From positions 5,310,784 to 5,374,783 of the forward strand of contig CM121341.1 in NCBI GenBank assembly GCA_051530055.1: a stretch of 64,000 nt of DNA, given 5' to 3'. Source of the DNA: Neoechinorhynchus agilis (taxonomy: Eukaryota; Animalia; Acanthocephala). Under the pieces are notes generated by a model, which made no database searches, was not told where the DNA came from, and worked only from the letters and a program-made list of their open reading frames with translations. A program made the position numbers and the translations under genes. Positions 61,460-64,000 of the stretch are shown here, in pieces; position 1 is the stretch's first letter, and each line of letters starts with the position of its first letter.

Positions 61460-61760
61460 ATTGATGTCGGAAAAAAATTATATATCAAAGAATCACTTTA
61501 ATTGAAATATTCGGTCCAATCACAATGTGGCAGGCCACCAGAGTAAACGTACGTTCGTCTATTCCAAACGAAGAAATAATCTTCATGATCTGATCTGTCC
61601 GAGCATTCGTGAAAGTCCAAGTGACTTTGGGAGGAGGATGAGGGAACATCGCTTTTCACTGAAGAAACAGGACACGAAGTCTGCTGTTGTTTCCCACTCT
61701 CGAGGCCATGTTCATTCAGCGAAACAAGACGGATTATTCCTTAGAGTTTAGAATAAGGCT
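61460..61760 (+). mobile_element. Degenerate GIY-YIG endonuclease fragments resembling a Penelope-like element
   Basis: RRMREHRFSLKKQDTKSAVVSHSRGH resembles the R..EH...D..SAVA.H...H block, and KLYIKESL resembles the C-terminal block; broken frames. Confidence 0.45.
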
Positions 61761-62599
61761 GCCAAATCAATTTTTAGATAATTGACTGAAGAAATCCAGT
61801 GCGCTTGAATAATTTTGTCCCCTGGATTTTATATTTTACCATAAAAAAAGACGGTGACAATCACTGGGAAAATGTCGGAATTATCCGAGAGGTGAAATAT
61901 CGGGGACTACAAAAAAACAAAAAAATTATGTTAACCTTTTTAATTTGTACGCCCGTTTTGACCGTTGAACATTCTTCGCTTTTCCAGCATTTTCGGTCAT
62001 CTTTTAAGGAAATTTAAGTCTTCTTTAAAGTGTCATAAACCACTTTTACTCTTTTATTATACACTCAAACATTTGAGTTTTCCTTTAACACTCACTTTTC
62101 GCTCTATACGTTTTCCATCGCTTCCTATACAATTTTCTTGCACATAAATCCTATTTTTAATTCGTTTGAGTACATTTTCTCTGAATTAAAGAATATTTAT
62201 TGCGCTTTTTAGAAACAGAGCCGCGGTACGCTGGCAGCATTCCTTCGTTGTACTGTCGCCATCGATTATCTTCACTCGAGGCTCTTTTCCTGATCAAAAA
62301 CACCCTCTTCATTGCAAAACTGCTGTATAAGCTGCGTACAGCACCTTTTTTAGACATAAGGAAAAGCTGGCAAAATTAGACGAGACGGTGAAAGCCTCTC
62401 TCTCGGGAAAATTTTAAATACTCAGCTGTAGGACGAGACCTGGCGTCAAGCGTCCTTACCTGTATCGTCCGGCACTTTGGGTATCCGAAAAGCAGTTGAT
62501 ATTTCTATGCCAGCCTCTTATGTGTAATCGTATGAAGCAAGCCGCAAAAAATAGTAAAATCCGTTCTTCGCGAGAATTACACTTTGGATGAAGATTTCG

Positions 62600-63460
62600 T
62601 GAAAGCTCTTAATCTTTGGTGTGGAGATTCAGGCAGCGAGCAGGTACCCCTCAATGGTTGCAAACAATCTCTTTTTGGGACTCACCCCTGGTAGCGAGAA
62701 TTCAATACTCTTTAATTTCAGATTCTCGTGGCCTGGTGAACCGAACTCGATTGGGGCATTCTCTACAAGAGAATCCGGTGCTTGGCTCAACGTTATCCCA
62801 ATCGTTTCTGTGAGTACCCTCCGACGACACATTAAGGATTGCAGTGTCCCTGAGACTTGGGGTACCGATGTGTACATCCCGTCGCTACCATTGCGGAGCG
62901 ACCGTGGAACCGTCGGGACGCCACGGTCCCGTCTGTCGGTAATCAGGCGGAAGGTACTCACGACACGCCGAAGTGAACGCAATTCTCTTAGTCGTGCCCC
63001 GAATACTGTGAATGCGTCCAACATCCTGGAACCGAGCAATCTTTGCTGACTCGATAGCCGCCGTGTGGCGAGGGGAAGAAAATGCGTTCTCCGGGACGCA
63101 ATTCGCAGCCATCAACATAAAATTCGCCACTATTTAACTGGAGGGGAGCAGCAACCGCCGCCGAGGAACGTAAAAGGGCAAAATACTTCGACTTGAGTCG
63201 AAATCATTATTTTGTTCCCTTTGGTGTCGAGACATTTGGGTCGTTTGGTACCGCGGCTTAGGACCTGGTCAATCGATTGTTCAAGAGACTGAGACGAATC
63301 ACTGGTGATCCGAGATCATGAGCATTCCTCCTACAAAACATAAGTCTGCCCTTACAACGGGGAGGGAACACTTCATCGGTCCTTTCGACCATTACACCCG
63401 GACCCATTAACGAAATATGTATCTGGGTTTTGCGTATTTCTGAAATAAACTATTAATTTA
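62600..63460 (+). mobile_element. Decayed 3' end of a CRE-type (restriction-like endonuclease) non-LTR retrotransposon
   Basis: SGAWLNVIP, ILEPSNL, AATAAEERKRAKYFDL..HYFVPFGVETFG, RITGDPR, FLLQNISLPLQRG with stops and shifts; ends at AATAAA. Confidence 0.8.
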
Positions 63461-63658
63461 ATCGAAATCAATCGATATTTTTGTACAAAAACCGAATTTT
63501 TATTAACTTAAGCGGCGGTATTGAAAGGAAATAACGACGCTTGGGCACACAAGTGTTTAATAAAAATGTCAAAGTCAATAGGTCGATTATTGAAACACCC
63601 AAGGAATCTCTGGGCACTTTTTCGCCCTCAGAGTTACTTTTTCAAAAAAAGCATCACT

Positions 63659-64000
63659 TTAATCGGTGTTCTTTGACTTTTCACTTGAAAGGTCGTTCTG
63701 ATTGGAACTAAGAAGTGTATTGTCCTCAGCGGCGTTTGAATCTTCGTTTACTTTTGTAACATCGACATTGCACAATGCAGTTTCGTGGTCAAGTTCACCA
63801 AAAGGTTTTAGTAGCGAATCCTCATTAATCATTTTGAAGTGCTTAACAAAGACCGTAAATCGTCTACATAGACTGGTTTTAGCTTCGAATTCATCGAATT
63901 GTTGTCGATGGCAATGAAAAGCATGAGCAAAGAACCTGTATAGTCTTCTACACGTTGAACAGAGTCGATTGATTGATTTTTCGCTCACATTCGTTCGATT
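63659..64000 (-). CDS. MOB4: MOB4 / phocein, C-terminal part (starts beyond the window)
   Basis: CRRLYRFFAHAFHCHRQQFDEFEAKTSLCRRFTVFV matches MOB4 [36 protein letters not shown]. Confidence 0.85.
   Translation of the reverse strand, partial: NRTNVSEKSINRLCSTCRRLYRFFAHAFHCHRQQFDEFEAKTSLCRRFTVFVKHFKMINEDSLLKPFGELDHETALCNVDVTKVNEDSNAAEDNTLLSSNQNDLSSEKSKNTD

Overview
AT-rich, gene-dense eukaryotic (very probably invertebrate animal) genomic window; the taxon cannot be fixed from sequence alone. Recognisable genes: DNAJC13/RME-8 (partial), POLR3B/RPC2 head-to-head with BRF1, two ML/NPC2-like genes, an LCAT/PLA2G15-like lipase, a forkhead factor, DDX1, two identical ankyrin-repeat genes in a 2.3-kb inverted duplication, two tandem neuronal-calcium-sensor paralogues, a tail-anchored 82-aa-repeat protein, a Zc3h12/NYN nuclease, NAA10 and MOB4 (partial). 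Roughly a third of the window is tandem repeat, and there are decayed non-LTR retroelements. Three signals stand out. (1) Besides about a dozen ordinary, mostly 40-60 nt GT-AG introns, up to seven insertions interrupt conserved coding frames and are best removed at non-GT-AG boundaries; they have base-paired ends and often TA-containing direct repeats. The two NCS paralogues are the cleanest cases, with identical 273/297-nt exons and no usable GT-AG solution. (2) Two copies of a hammerhead ribozyme have their three strands in a non-circularly permuted, pseudoknotted order; one lies inside a POLR3B intron. (3) A ~36-copy 116-bp satellite appears to encode, in each unit, a minimal Penelope-type hammerhead with palindromic stem III. 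All splicing and ribozyme claims come from manual alignment and folding and need RNA data. Deletion-rich repeat copies suggest imperfect assembly polishing.
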